Shown: one piece after another, positions 29,024-42,846 of the stretch
How positions within the stretch are numbered: the first letter of the stretch is position 1
Layout: each line of letters starts with the position of its first letter
Origin: Macrostomum lignano
Lineage: Eukaryota
Assembly: GCA_002269645.1 (NCBI GenBank)
Contig: NIVC01001231.1
Coordinates: 62,001-126,000 of the forward strand
Direction of reading: 5' to 3'
Length of the DNA: 64,000 bases
Translations under genes and position numbers: made by a program
Notes under the pieces: generated by a model
Told to the model about the DNA's origin: nothing
Seen by the model: the letters and a program-made list of their open reading frames with translations, nothing else
Databases searched by the model: none

Positions 29024-30309
29024 TATGTGGCCATTTTGATAGTGTGGCCATTTTGATAGTGTGGCCATTCTGTCGTGAGGCCGTTTTGCATATAGCTATT
29101 TTGACGTGGATTACAAGTTCTATACCTTGCTTAGGCTATCTCTAATAGAGATACACACAATTATGCATCAAGCCATGGCAGACTCTTGCCTATCATATGA
29201 TACTGTTTGCTGCTAGATTGCAAATGTTTTTGATGGCAATAAGGACATTCAAGATTAACCTCAAAGTAGAAAGCCTTGATAGCGCAAACAATACAATTGG
29301 TGCAGAAGACAAAAGTTGTTTTGCAAAAGGATTGAAACCATCTTCTCATGGGTCTAGGAAATTCTTCCACACATGCCTTATTTGCTAGATCTTAGCATGC
29401 GACTTTTTTCTTTTCCCAGGATCAAGGAGACAATATGAGGGCGAGGCTAACATTTTAGCAGCAAGGAGGAAGTCAATGTCCAATGAGGCTTATCACGAAG
29501 GAATGATAGCCATAACAAGGAGCAGCATAAGTGCCAGCATTGATGGACTTGTGCGATAGTGGGAAATGCCTTGAGGCTGGCAGCAAATATTTTGAGAGAT
29601 GAGATATAGAGGTCAGACGGGATCCCAATCCCAATCCTGAAATCTTGGGATCCCGAGGAAAATTGAATTCCTGCGGGACCAGAATCCCGACCCTAAAAAA
29701 CTCGAGGTTCGGGAACAGGTCTTTTGATTAATAATTTATATAGAATTAGTGATTACTTGAAAGTATTTTGCTTTAACTTATACTCGTTACATTATTTACT
29801 TTGTTGGTTACAAAACTTCATATCAATTTTGTTGTGTTTTACTTCTTGATATTGACAATCTTTTCTCAATTTTGTTTAACTTTATAGAGTTTTATCTTTT
29901 AATATCGCTTAGTTTTATGTTTATGTTTATAATTATAGTCTAAAAGAGGCTAGACTAAGCCTCTAAAAGAGGTATAAGCATGCGAGGTTTATCTTTAGTT
30001 GTTTGCTTCTCATTCGGAAGTGTATTTGAAGAATCTGTACTATATTATAATAGGCGTAGCTAAGCAAATATCTTAATAGGCTTAAAATAAAACTTAAAAC
30101 TTAAACTTAAAAAAAATTAAAAATATTTTGCTAACAAACTAGTACAAAAATAATACTTACGATGTAGCTTCACCCAAAAAGTACTGGCTGGATTACACTT
30201 TCAGATTGTTACACGATCGTCTTTTTCTCCACAAAAACCCTGCAGCTGAGTAAGTAATTAATACGAATTAGCGTCCGACGCACCTTTGTTTAAAAAAGTG
30301 GGACTTTTA

Positions 30310-30970
30310 AAATACTATAACAATAAAGTAAACTATAAGAAAGTTTGATAAAAACTCTTTAATACTAAAATCAGTCGAACTAAATAGGTTTGTGTTACAA
30401 TCAGATATTGCGAGTTTTTTAATAGAAATACTAAGCATTGCCCACGTAGTTTTTACTCCCCCACCAGAACCAGAACAAAGCAAGCCATGCACTAAATTTA
30501 AGAACGTACTACTAATATAAGTTTTTTGTGCACCTTCTTAAAGAAAAACCGAGTCGGCCGCCCTCAGGACCATTAAGATATTCAACGATTCTACCAGAAG
30601 TCATTGAAACTTTCCATAAGTGCTAGTACAGTTTACATGTATTATCACACAATCAGCACAGTTCACACGTTCGGCCAGCTTGGGAAGCCTCCAAGTTTAA
30701 ATAGCACGTCGACCGCATATGTATGCATCAGCTTTGACTTTGTTGGTCCAGTTTGCAAGTGGTTGTCCATCGATCACATGGTGTCACTCATTGAAGAAGG
30801 CGCGACGGCGTTTGAATGACAATTCAGAATACATGTATTTGATGGGTTCGGCCTTTTTCAGCCTACAGCTTCGGGCCTCAGAACTCAGAAATGAATCACT
30901 TAGAACTCTGGCCTCTCACTCTTGTCAGATGGTCAGCCCTATGGTAGCTAGACTGTGGGCGAGCAGCTAG
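30310..30970 (-). mobile_element. Degenerate CR1/L2/Crack-like LINE fragment (ORF1 end and endonuclease start)
   Basis: Stop-interrupted minus frame reading KYMYSELSFKRRRAFFNE...WTNKVK then IIHVNCTSTYGKFQ*LLVESL, resembling ORF1 C-termini and APE motif I of these clades. Similarity judged from memory. Confidence 0.35.
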
Positions 30971-32185
30971 GTCCTAATAGCTAAGAGAAGACAGCGAGAG
31001 ACAAGCAGGGAGAATTTGAAAGGTAGAGATTAGCTAATCCGCAGATTAACTAACCCGCTGCCACCCGTCCGTGCGCCCCGGCTCACCATACCGGAGCTAT
31101 CGAAATCGGACTTCCAACGTATTAGAGGGGCACTGCATTTACCTGTCATCTAGTGCCTTTTAGCTGTCTAAATCTCGAAGTCATAGCCGAATAGAAGGGA
31201 CGCTGCTGGGACTAAGATCGCATTGGCCATGCAGGGACAGAGAGGACTTCTGCAGGGGGTTCTTGCGCTGGCGAGCCTCTATACACTACTAAATGTACTA
31301 TTTCATTACCAAATTCCCAGCTAAGTACATGTATAAGTACACGCAACTACACGCTTTTGGCACTAAATGTGTTAACGCGTCGACAGATAGCGATGATGTA
31401 GATGTAATGTTACTTTTGGAGACCTTCTGACTAATATTTATCTCGTTTTAGCCGCTTAGCTGCCTGAGACCGCGCGAAAGCGCCAGTCTGGCACTAATAA
31501 TTCGCATGCTTATCATGATTTCTGAGAACGACTGATTGACTGGGAACTGCGCCGCTTCTGGTCCACTGTGACCTCTGCCCCTAGATCTAACCACTCATCT
31601 CAGCTGGCATTGCGAAAAAAGAAAGAAAACATTAAGCCTTTAACTTCCAGATTTAACTTTCTCGCTTAATCCGCAATCCTAGACACTTTAGATTGAGTTA
31701 GAGCGAATGGCTACTTTTAATATTAACTGACATGACACTTCTGCCTCGAGTTTGGCACACAAAAGCAAGTAAGCAAAAGTGCAAATCCTATCAGACTACC
31801 TAGGAAGGGGTCAGACAAAGGGCGCACCCAGTTAAGCAGGTCAAGAAAGCCTCTCACCAAACCAATCAGAGGACCTATCTGCCGGTAGCCAAGGAATCCA
31901 CAGAGACCGCAGCGCTCGGATGGGATGCTGCTGCTGATCTTAACTGACGAGTGCCGCCGGTACTCTTCACCTGCCAGTTGTCGTTGCTGCTCTTAGATCA
32001 CTGCCGGGAAATATCGATGATGCTTCTCAGGGGGAACTTAGCTGCTGAAGCTGCTGCTGCCGGGGGAAGGGGGACCAGACGTCGAAGACGCAGCAGATGC
32101 CGAAGGGGCCGTCTAAGACGGGGTTAGGACCGTGCAAGAAGGGAGGTCCAAGCAGGCCTTTTCGAGCGCGGGTCGAGTTGCCGCC

Positions 32186-32317
32186 TTTTATAGCTCTCAT
32201 GCGGCCGATTTGTTATAACGTGCGCCGAATTTTCTGATTGGCTGAGAGCTTTTGTTAAAATAGGCGCCGAATTTTCTGATTGGTCGAGCCGGGGGCAGTC
32301 AGGTCGACTCTGATTGG
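32186..32317 (-). promoter_or_regulatory. Pol II-type promoter: three CCAAT boxes plus TATAAAA
   Basis: (A/G)CCAATCAG at 32313-17, 32279-83 and 32237-41; TATAAAA at 32186-92; candidate donor CAG|GTGAAG near 31970. Confidence 0.4.
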
Positions 32318-33842
32318 CTGAGCTCAAGACCACAATACCCACCCCACCAGGTGGCCTTCAGACCCCAGGGAAGATGACAGGTGCGGTCATAAATCATGCG
32401 CAAAACATAATCAAAGCCACTTGTCTAGACATCCTGGCGCCAAAAGTGACAGCAAAACACCCATAAATTAAAAGAGAAAGCAACAGAGCGAGTGGGGAGA
32501 AAGCTGGAAAGACCTCTTTGACCCAGACAGGCTGGAGTCAAAAGTGACAGCTAGACGGCCATAAATCACTGAAAACAGTGAAAAAGCCGCAAATCTGGGG
32601 GTCAGAATGGGGTTGAAAACGCCCCTCCCAGACTTAGTGTCGCCTGTCTAGACTGCTAGAGGTCAATCCGTCTCAAACCCAGTCAGTCTGACCTTCAAAG
32701 ATGCGTAAACAATCCAAAATTAGAATCCTAAGAGAAGTACATTGAGTATTTATCATAATTAATAGTGATGGCATAAATTAGTGTAGAACTTAGCCTGGAT
32801 GAGAGAATGGAGAGAGATTCCTAAGCTAGCCTACTGACAGTAGGGGAAAAGCGCATCGAAGCGAAATGTGCGGTTTAAGGTTGCAAAAAGATGCGTCCTC
32901 ATCATATTTGCTTGAGACTGTAATTGAAGATACATTACCTGTACATGTACATATGTTGAAGCTTGCATCGAGGCTTGATCAGCCTAACTAGATAAATTCA
33001 CGATAGGGTGTCCATAGTCATCTGGTGCCATCTGTCGAATGTTCAAAAAGCCTCTCATAACTTCGATTACTGAACTTTCCAGAAAGTGTCAATTCAGCAG
33101 CTGAACTTTCCCGGACGCCTGTATATCATTGCAAATCGTTTCACTACCAATTACCTACGAGTAGGTAGTACGCCGGTGGAATTTGTGTTACTCGTATTGC
33201 ATTTCTATAGTTTTCATTCTTTTTATTACGGGCGGTCTAACTACGTGGCGCTTTCATCTCGGCAAGGTTTGAAGAGGCGACTGCTGCGTGCCATTCTACA
33301 CAACATTTCATACTCGGGTTTGCATGTTTATTTTCTGAAATAGTTTGTGAATAATTCAACATGATGGTCGGTTTTTCACCAATGTATCTTGTCAGACGCT
33401 TTCAGCAAATAAGACACAATTTATGCCGACTTGCTCCTCGACCCTTGTTCGATCGTGAAGCTCAAAGCGAGCATTATGGACAAACCGCTGCAGCTTTGTG
33501 CATAGTATTTGCTTACAGATCCAACCATACCGTTTTGATTCTAGTCGGAGCTGACTTTGTCCTAGAGCAGGGGTTGGCAAACAATTTTTTACCTCAAGGG
33601 TCAGATAGAGAAACAGGGACTACTCAAACACGAGTAGTTTGAGTAGTCCCTGTAGAGAATCTAGTGACATGACTGCGGGCCAGAGGAGGGGAGAGAGGAA
33701 AGGGTCTAGGGGGGAATACAGAAGAGACGAGAGAAATAGGAGGAAGGAGAGGCGAACCAATAATGAAGAGGAAAGGAGAGAAAAGAAAGAGGAGATCAGG
33801 AGAGAAGAAGAGAGGGGAGAAGAGAAGAGAAAATATTATTAC

Positions 33843-34270
<428 letters not shown>

Positions 34271-34303
34271 TCACGGCGTATTAAAATATTATTTTAGAAA
34301 ATA

Positions 34304-34341
34304 GGCTACCGGTTTCAAGCCTCTGGGCTCTTCGTCAGGCC
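34304..34341 (-). ncRNA. Minimal hammerhead ribozyme in the Penelope 3' terminus
   Basis: GGC-CUGACGA-A-GAGCC(CAGA)GGCUU-GAAA-C(CG)G-UA^GCC. Catalytic core boxes, 5-bp stem II, palindromic minimal stem III (ACCGGU), GUA triplet and 3-bp stem I. Confidence 0.75.
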
Positions 34342-34683
34342 AAAAATCTGTGGTGCAAAGCAAGTTGGTCTTTTAAGTATTATTTTTCTTAGTCTGATAA
34401 AATTGATGAGTAGTTGTACATATGAAGGATGTACATTTAAAACCCTGTTTTGTCTGGCTCTAACTTGACCCAGAGGCTTTTCACCATTCATTTCAATCGA
34501 CGGTATATTTAGTATATTAAAAAATTGTTTTTTCGAAGTACGATTAAATAAAATGCGGTATTGAGGGTGGGAGCATAAAAATCGATATTTGTGCGTACAA
34601 TTAAGCAGTTTGAATAAAATACACGACAAAGTGAATAAATATTGTAGTTCAATAGGTAAAAAGAGCGCATTGGTTAAAACGAT

Positions 34684-36870
34684 TCAATGGTTTCCTGGCT
34701 GAGACTTAAACTTATTGGGAGCCAGGAGGCTCTGTAAATTTCGTTGCCGTGTAAATGCGGGCAGTATGCGGGAGCCTGGTTTATTTTGTAGCTTCTCAAA
34801 GTTTTTAGCTATCTCGTTGGCAAGCCAGACCGTAGATGGGTGAAAAGGAAGGACCAGTGGGATGGGTCGGAGATGATTGTCAACCCTGATGTTCGTACCT
34901 GGCGGTTTGCCAGTCCCCAGTTTTTTAATCCAGATTGGTTCCCTTAGTTCGATTTTGTAGTTATTAAGAACTTGTTCGATAGCAATGGAGACAAAGTTTG
35001 CAATCGAGTGATTGGGGGTGAGAAAGTGCTCTGACCCCGAAGTCACGACCCTCCTGTTAATATTTGACCTGTGTTGGTTCATTCTATCTCTCTTTGTTCT
35101 TCTAGTCATCCCTACATAGAAGATTTTCCCAGGGTGGCACTGGTTGAAGGAGATGCCAAAGATGATGCTCTTGGAGCCACAGGACAGGCTCTGAGAGATT
35201 AAAAAACCAGAAGCCGGTTTCAGCCCCTGGGCGGAGAGAGCAGGCGGTGAGTGAGTGCAGCATTTGCAGCGGGATGACCCACAGGGATGGAACCCTTTGG
35301 GAAGCAGACCCAGATTGGTCGTTGGTCCCGCAGTCCAGTTCATAAGTTTGAGGACCTCCTTTTTGCAGTTTCTAATAAAAATCTTCAAGTAGCCTAATTG
35401 CTTGAGTTCCGATTTTAAAGAATTGAAAGCATCGTTGAAAGACTTGTAGTCATCACAGATACAGGCGTACCGAAGGACTTGGGATTTTACTACCCCCTTG
35501 AAGGTGTGTGACGGATGGAAGGACTGTCGGTGCAACAATCTATGAGTGTCTGTTTCTTTTGAAAACAGTTGTGTAGTGAAGCGGTTTTCAGCTTTCTTGA
35601 TGGTCCTGTCAAGGAAACTGACCTCAGTTGATGAGGAGCTGACGGTGAGTTTGATGTTGGGGTTGATTGAATTTAGGTGTCGAACAAATTCTGTCAGAGC
35701 TTCAGCCGGGTGGTTCCAGTGAATGAATATATTATCTATGTACCTAAAGTAAATTTTCGGCTTATAAAGAGCTGTTCTCAGGGCAGTTTCCTCCCAGAGG
35801 CTCATGAACAGACAGGCATAGCTGGGCGCAAATTTGCGCCCCATGGCTGTACCTCTAAGTTGTAGGAAGATCATTTTGTCAAATTCAAAGTCATTCCTGT
35901 ACAAACACAGTTCCAGTAGCTTTATTATTTTAGCATCCGGTCTAATGGGATCCGGGTATCGGTTAAAGAATTCCTGGATCGCTGCAATGCCCTGGTCTAT
36001 GGGGATCATGGAGTATAGACTCTGGGCATCACAGGTTGCCAGAGTCGAACCTTCCGTGCAGCTTTTATCCATAAGGTGTGCCTTGAAGTCATACGAGTCC
36101 TTAACGAAAGTGGGTTGCGCTTGGGCAATCGGTTTAAGAAAGAAGTCTATGTACTTTTCTGCCCCAATTGCTTCAGAACTGCATCCGCTAACAATAGGTC
36201 TGCCTGCTGGGACCCGAAAGGGGATCAGCCAGGTGGCCGGGTCCTTGTGAATTTTGGGGAGCAGGTAGAAATGCCGGGGACGGAAGTTCTCTCCGGGACA
36301 AAGAAAAGAAAACTGTTTCTTAGATATGAACTTTCTGTTACATAAATCGAGGAAGATCCTCCTGATAAGTTCCGCAGTCTCGGGTTGCAGTGGCTGGTCC
36401 AGCTGTTGATAGGCATTAGTGTCCAGCAATTGGTTGTAGGCTGCGAATTCGTAATCCTTGGGGTGCATGATGACCACTGCGTTACCTTTGTCCGCCTTTT
36501 TTATTAGGACGGAGCTGTTTCGCTTGAGCCCCTAAATCGCTCTGGTCTCTGGTACCTCTAGGTTGCCTTTGATCTGTACCGTTGTCAAATTATCTACCAG
36601 TTTTTTGTTCTCAAGCACAAACAAGTTGCACTCATCCCTTCTAAGTCTGCGGGGGACCTCCTTCCCTGATTTCCCGGTGAAAGGGGGCGGGCTGGTATTG
36701 GCGAGACCCCTCTTTTTGAAAAAGTCTTTCCAGAAAAGTTTACGATGAAATTCCGTCACGCAGTTCCTCAGATCCTCGAAATCAAGGGCTTGGGTTGGGA
36801 TAAAATTGAGTCCCCTATCTAGCAGCCTCGTCTCAGATTCAGAGAGTTTGAAGGTGGGGTGTAGATTCAA
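34684..36870 (-). pseudogene. Penelope RT-GIY-YIG polyprotein, inactivated
   Basis: LLDRGLNFIP, KKADKGNAVVIM, FYLLPKIHK, GRPIVS, GTAMGRKFAPSYA; YIDN in place of YxDD; Cys linker PCGSSRCKCC; IIFGI..FYVGMT..R..QH. One in-frame TAG at 36532-36534 splits the two ORF-track ORFs, which are in the same frame. Confidence 0.9.
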
Positions 36871-37286
36871 AATGCTGCCTTCCAGGTTGGGAAGCCTACA
36901 GTAGTCAGCTAGTTTAAAGTTCTCAGCCAGGAAGCCAGCGCCAGTATAAAGTCAGGCGCTGAGAAGGATACAATTGGTTTAAGAGGAGGAGAGGCAATAA
37001 AAGTAACAGGTGAGAGTTTCTTACTCAGAATTTGAGTCGAATCTTCACCGCTGGCAAAGGGCGGAACCAGAAGGATCTTACGTGCCAGACTGTCCGCTCT
37101 TAGTAGATCGATGGCCTCAGAGAGCCACTCTAGCCAGTGGTCTGTGCTGAGCAGCTCGTCCGGCAGGACCAGCACCGTTGACCGAGCGCATTGCCGGTTC
37201 CGCAGGGCGGCCGACCTCAGTAGGGATGGTAAGGTTGACAGTGAGTACACATGCACCTCTGTGATTGCCGGCAGTTTGAGGCCCTC

Positions 37287-37289
37287 GAA

Positions 37290-37342
<53 letters not shown>

Positions 37343-37347
37343 AAGAG

Positions 37348-37378
<31 letters not shown>

Positions 37379-37403
37379 GAGTGAGAAAGAGAGAAAGAGA
37401 GAA

Positions 37404-37443
<40 letters not shown>

Positions 37444-37444
37444 C

Positions 37445-37475
<31 letters not shown>

Positions 37476-37501
37476 CGAGAGAGAGAGAGAGAGAGAGAAA
37501 G
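37287..37501. repeat. (GA)n/(GAAA) microsatellite, 5' flank of the Penelope element
   Basis: About 215 bp of AG repeat. Confidence 0.98.
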
Positions 37502-38156
37502 CTGAGCCACAAGCCTTGAGCGGGCCGAATTCAAAGGACCCGAGGGCCGGAGTTTGCCGACCCCTGTCCTACAGATACATGTCACTATAATTGTGCTCAA
37601 GGTCACTCACCTTTGTCAAATTCGAAAAGCAAGCGCAAGTTTTTCCATGGATGAAGGAATCATATTATTCATGCCAAAAGAGTATGGATATTGCTTAGAG
37701 ATACATGTAGAGTGCCAATAAAACCGAAAAGTTAAAGCCAATTTTCGAGCTTCCACCCACACCGTCCGGTAACCGAGGATGTACGAGGCCCAATATGTCT
37801 GTGGCTCAATACTCGCCCAATTCAAAGTCTCTTTTGTTACATTTCACGCTTGAAACGTACACGAGCTCATATATTCACCAAAAATCACCTCACGAAAAAC
37901 GTCATTGATGAGAAACTGCTACTTTATTAGGATCAGCGTGTTATAGATTGAATAGAGATGAAACTCTAGGAATGATAGAGCAGTTCAGAGCCGAATTTCG
38001 ATTGGTCGACCAGTGTTTGGTGGTATGTTTCACTTTTTTAAATGAATGTAGAATGCATGCAGCCAAATTTTGGCATGGACCGAGCATACTGCAGACGAAA
38101 CTCCACTTTAATGATCAATTAGCCGATATCAAAAGCTCATTGAAGGTATTTTGAAA

Positions 38157-41100
38157 ATGAAGTTTCTGTCGGGAATACTCGTCAATATTTTTGCGATTGC
38201 GATAGCGATGGTCGCTGTCGAGCCGCTTGAATTCGAGGAGGCGTCCAGCAGTGACGAAATGATCTGGAATCTGCTGCAGCTAGGCAGAAAATACAATAAA
38301 GCTGTTCGGCCGCCGCCAGATTACAACACAACCAATGTGGTCTACATCAACTTTATTGTTGTCAAGCTGCTAGGAATTGTGAGTTATAATGAACTATTAA
38401 ATACCTTTGAATTTACACAAAGTGAAACAAGTCCTTTTCCTGATTTCTCGCTTGATTTTGCCTTACAAAAATTCTTTAGATGTAGTTTTATTACTTTGTC
38501 TATCAGAATTACATGCTCCACCCACTCGTCGCAACCGGGCCCTCACGCCTACGCACTAAATTTTGACGGCTTTGCGATTCTACGCAAAGATTAATGTAAA
38601 GATTAATGCTTAGATTAATGTAAGATCGTATTATAGGCAAAGATTTAGAGTGAAAGAGCTGTCTGTGTGCAGAGCGGCGTTGGTACCACTTGACCAAATT
38701 AGACTGACGAGACGTCTATGGGAGAACTTCCAAATTTTGGACTAAATAAAGTTCTTTCCATTCATACCCTTTTACGCACTGGTTGATTAATTACCAACGC
38801 TGACTCAGTTTTCATCATGGCTTTATAAAATAGGATTTCAATCGATTGATAACTGGTGGGCCATCTGCGATTTTTAACCATAGATTTTTTACCAAGGCGT
38901 TATAAAATTGGCCCCAGTGGACACGCAACGTTCAAAGTTATATTTTTGCACAAAATATAGGACTGTTCATAAGACAACGATTCAGCTTTGGAGCCGTCAC
39001 CAGACGTTTGTCTGATGTCCTAAAAAGTCTATGGTGAATGGGCATTTCTCAACTTACGTCAACTAATGCCGACGTACCGAAAACTTAATATATAGATTTT
39101 GCAAATTCCAAAAAAATTGTTTTCTCGTCGTCTTTGGTGCTTTTTCATGACGTCTGCTGTACGTCGGCTTAACGTATAACTACTCATTTCTATAACGAGA
39201 GTCCGTTGCAGGACGTCAGAAACGTCTGGAGCTGACGTCGCTTTATAGACGAGCACGAGCTGAAAGATCGCTTTACAAAGCCGAATCTCTTATCAATATT
39301 TAGTTCAAAAATATAACTTTGAACGTGTGTATCCACAGGTGAGGTGGTCGTGGCTACGTGTCTACAGCAGATAAATATTTGTTTGTAGATTGCGTGGCTT
39401 CTGCTCCGTAGAGCATTCTGGCGTTCGTCCGATGTTTCAGATGTCTATTGTCTGTTGTATAACGTCGGATGCGTCGGTGGAATCCGGATAGAGGAAATAT
39501 TTTATTGGCACCAATTTAGACCATAAATTATAAGAAGCCAACTGATAAAGTCAGTAAATGGCACTACAGATGCAAGGCAACCCATAGCAATTCTCTCAGA
39601 AACTTCGAGCTCGAAATTGCATGTAAAACAATTGGTATACAATTTCGATACCACAATTATTTTAATTGCTTTTCCCCAATAGCTAAAATGGTTATACCGC
39701 TCTATTTCAGAACGAAGTTGCTCAGCACATGTCGCTGGAAGGCTTTACCGAAATGGTAAGTGGAACAATTTATTGCGCCCAGCTCGACTAATAGCCTGCA
39801 CAAACACGCAGAGCTTCCACCATGCTTCAGATTTCAAATTGCTCACATCCGTGCGCCGAACTTTAACCAGCGTCACCGAACTATGCTGCCTATTTGGGTG
39901 GATTAGGGATTGTCTGAAGCTCATGAAAGCTGCACCCCTTCGATAAACATTACCGCAGGAATGGAACGACTACCGTCTAGCCTGGTACGACAGATACAAT
40001 GGAACGTTCAACCACATAACGGTCATCTATTTGCCGCGATCTTCCATCTGGATACCCGATGTGATCACGATAAACACGTGAGATGGGCTCTAGAATCTAC
40101 TTTAATAATAACAATTATAACACTTCTTTAGTTTCGTCGAGTGAGCAGTTAATTGAAGACATCGGAATTGACCGAGCAAGTATTTGTTTTGGTCCGAGGT
40201 TGACTCACAGGTGAAGGATAACTAATTTTTGAAAAATATGTCCTCAAAAAGGAATTAGCAATCATTATCAGCCATTTGCGCATTAATTCCGTGAACCGGG
40301 TTTTCGTGAATTCGGTTTTGCCTTGCTTGACACTCAGAAGTCCTGTAGCCAGTAGGTGAGCTATCGGAATTTTAGCATTTGAAAGCAATCAGAGAACTGT
40401 GTATCCAACTTTACCTGTAATCCGATTTGCAGCGAAAACAGGCATTTAATACGTGAAAATCGTGATTTACGAGTGTAGCTAGCATACTTTTACTTTGATT
40501 GCCCATTGCGCCATCGTATAATGCAATAATTACAGTTGATGCTCAACCAATAACCAATAACTTCGATTCAAGAGTCGAGCACAAAGAGTCAACTCAGCCG
40601 TTGTCCGCCATTGTGCTGGCCGACGGTCGCGTTTTCACCAGTTCGCCGTTCAATACGCGAACCCTGTGCGACATCAACATGCTGTACTTCCCGTTCGACA
40701 CCCAGGTCTGCAGAGTGGTGTTCGGCAGCTGGCTGATGGTCAGGGCGGACCTGGAGCTCCGGGTGCTCAACAAGAACGCATCATCGGTTCTGGCACCGGA
40801 CACTCTTCGTCAGCAGAACATCGAGAGTGATGAATACTGCATAACAAAGAGCGACTTCTGGGTGACACCAGTAACCGATCTCGGCGCATGCCAGGAGGCA
40901 GTTTTCACAATCGTCATTCAGGTAGGGCATCAGTCAGCACCAATTCTAATGATACTTATGAGCTCGGATTTGCTCAGATGAACATGGACTCGGAGCAGTT
41001 CCAACAGATATCGGCATGAATCTCATTTTAGCGAAAGCCGCTCTTCTACGTGATGAACCTCATCATGCCGAGCTTCCTGATCCTCATCATCTGCGCGTTC

Positions 41101-42003
41101 AGCTTCTTCCTGCCGCCAGACACTGGCGACCGGCTGTCGTTAAACATCACCTTGATGCTCACGCTCATGGTGTTCATGCAGATTGTGGCTGGATACACGC
41201 CCGCTCAGAGCGACAGTGTGCCAATGCTCAGTGAGTACCAGAAACTGTGGATTAAGGGTCAAAACTTTGAGAAACGTTTGCCGAGATCCTTCAAAATTAT
41301 TCGACGTTAAGCAGATTCGAAACTGCATTATCGACCTCACTACTTCCGACCGTTTTAGTAGTACCATGTAATAATTGCTTTCTTTCCCTTTGCAGCCAGA
41401 TTCTTTGCCATAGTTGTCGCCATTTCGGCCGTGTCAACGCTGGGCAGCGTGTTCCAGCTGTACTGCTGCTACAGGGGCCACGAGGCGAGGTCGTCATCCG
41501 GCCCGATGCGAACTGCTCAAGCCGCGTGCTGCTCCTGCCGAGCCGGACGAGACAGAAAAAATAACACTGATTCGGCCAGAGGGACTGAAGAAGAAGTAAT
41601 TGTGAGTTCAGAATGGACGAATGACTTAATTAATATGTTTCTTGGTGTACCTGTTGTGCACACTGATTGAAAGTGCTAGAAACCAGAAAATCTCTCACCT
41701 CGGGCCTCTAGTAGATTTGTTGCATTTGTTAGATTTTTTAGTTCTGTAGCGTCCCGTTATTTAGTTGCTCACAGGGACACAAGTAGAAGTTTTTTAGTAG
41801 CCAGAGAGGTCACCACAGCTACACTCTCCCCGCACTCTCTACAGCAGCCACACGCCGACGCTTCACAGGCTGCGGGCGAAAACCTTTGGCTGGTCATTGG
41901 ACGCAGACTCGACTGGATTCTATTCGTTGCCATGGTAACAGCAATATCGTCGCTAGTCGTGTTCATCTGCCATTTTCGAAATCCAGACTATCTGGCCTGT
42001 TAA
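38157..42003 (+). CDS. Cys-loop ligand-gated ion channel subunit (nAChR-like, non-alpha, predicted cation-selective), ~450 aa
   Basis: Exons 38157-38378, 39711-39755, 39959-40077, candidate microexon 40433-40452, 40536-40921, 41032-41230, 41396-41601, 41845-42003. Signal peptide, VRP, WNDYRLAW, WIPD, Cys-loop CDINMLYFPFDTQVC, RKPLFY, M2 PPDTGDRLSLNITLMLT, M4 WLVIGRRLDW. Confidence 0.88.
38913..39339. mobile_element. MITE-like element in channel intron 1
   Basis: About 35-bp imperfect TIRs sharing ACGTTCAAAGTTATATTTTTG. Confidence 0.55.
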
Positions 42004-42846
42004 ATATTTGGGCTTTGAGGCTGCTCGTTTCTATGGAAGCACCTAACTTCTATTCGACAAAAGCACTTCCTTGTAACATCTTTAATCGAATTGAAATAAC
42101 GTTTAAATAAAACTGACTCGCCTATAATTACTATATGAGATAGAAACGGTTTATGCTTCATTTTCAATGCCTAAACTACAGGTCTGTGACCTAAACTCTA
42201 ACCAAAGCCCCAAACCTAATGCCTTTAACGTATTTTTAGTCAAGCAAATTTCATTTCTTTTGAATTTCTTTGGAAACAAGGCTCGGTTAATCGGGGGTCT
42301 GGATGTCTTTCTTGCTCTGCATCCCAGCTTCTCTTCCCGTATCCTGTATCTCCCATGTCTTTCTATCTCTCAGGAACATAAGAATAAACTCTACACCAAA
42401 TGATAAGATGTCACTTATTCCCATCTCAAAGCTAAACTCCCTGCTTTGCTCCTGTAGTTTTTTGTCGATTTGATGTCGCGAAAGAATCGTCTGGGAAACA
42501 ACTTCACGAATCTGGTGAGCTGGTGCTGAGCTGGTGCTAAGCTGCACCCACGAATACCGCTGAAATGGGAAACAACGGAAGTGAAGCCGCTCTCCACGAA
42601 GAATAGCTTTTTTTAAAGACAATGCCGTCAATACAGAAAGTAGCAGAAAGCATCAAAACAGTGACTCCGGGTCACCCGCGTGGCATTCCCGGCTCAGCGT
42701 ATCCTGACTGACATCCTGCCTGCGGAATTTTCTATTTTTTCGATTATCGATTTCTGCCGTATATATCAGGAAGAGTTTCAGTCTCTGGGAGTCGATGCGC
42801 GAGAGTCAATGTCATTGTGAAAGCAGAAAGTCTGTTCGGCCAAAAA

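Larger units (their letters stand above)
34271..37286 (-). mobile_element. Penelope-like retroelement (RT + C-terminal GIY-YIG, Neptune-like), ~3.0 kb
   Basis: Bounded on both sides by (GA)n. Contains the PLE ORF and a 3' hammerhead motif. Confidence 0.92.
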
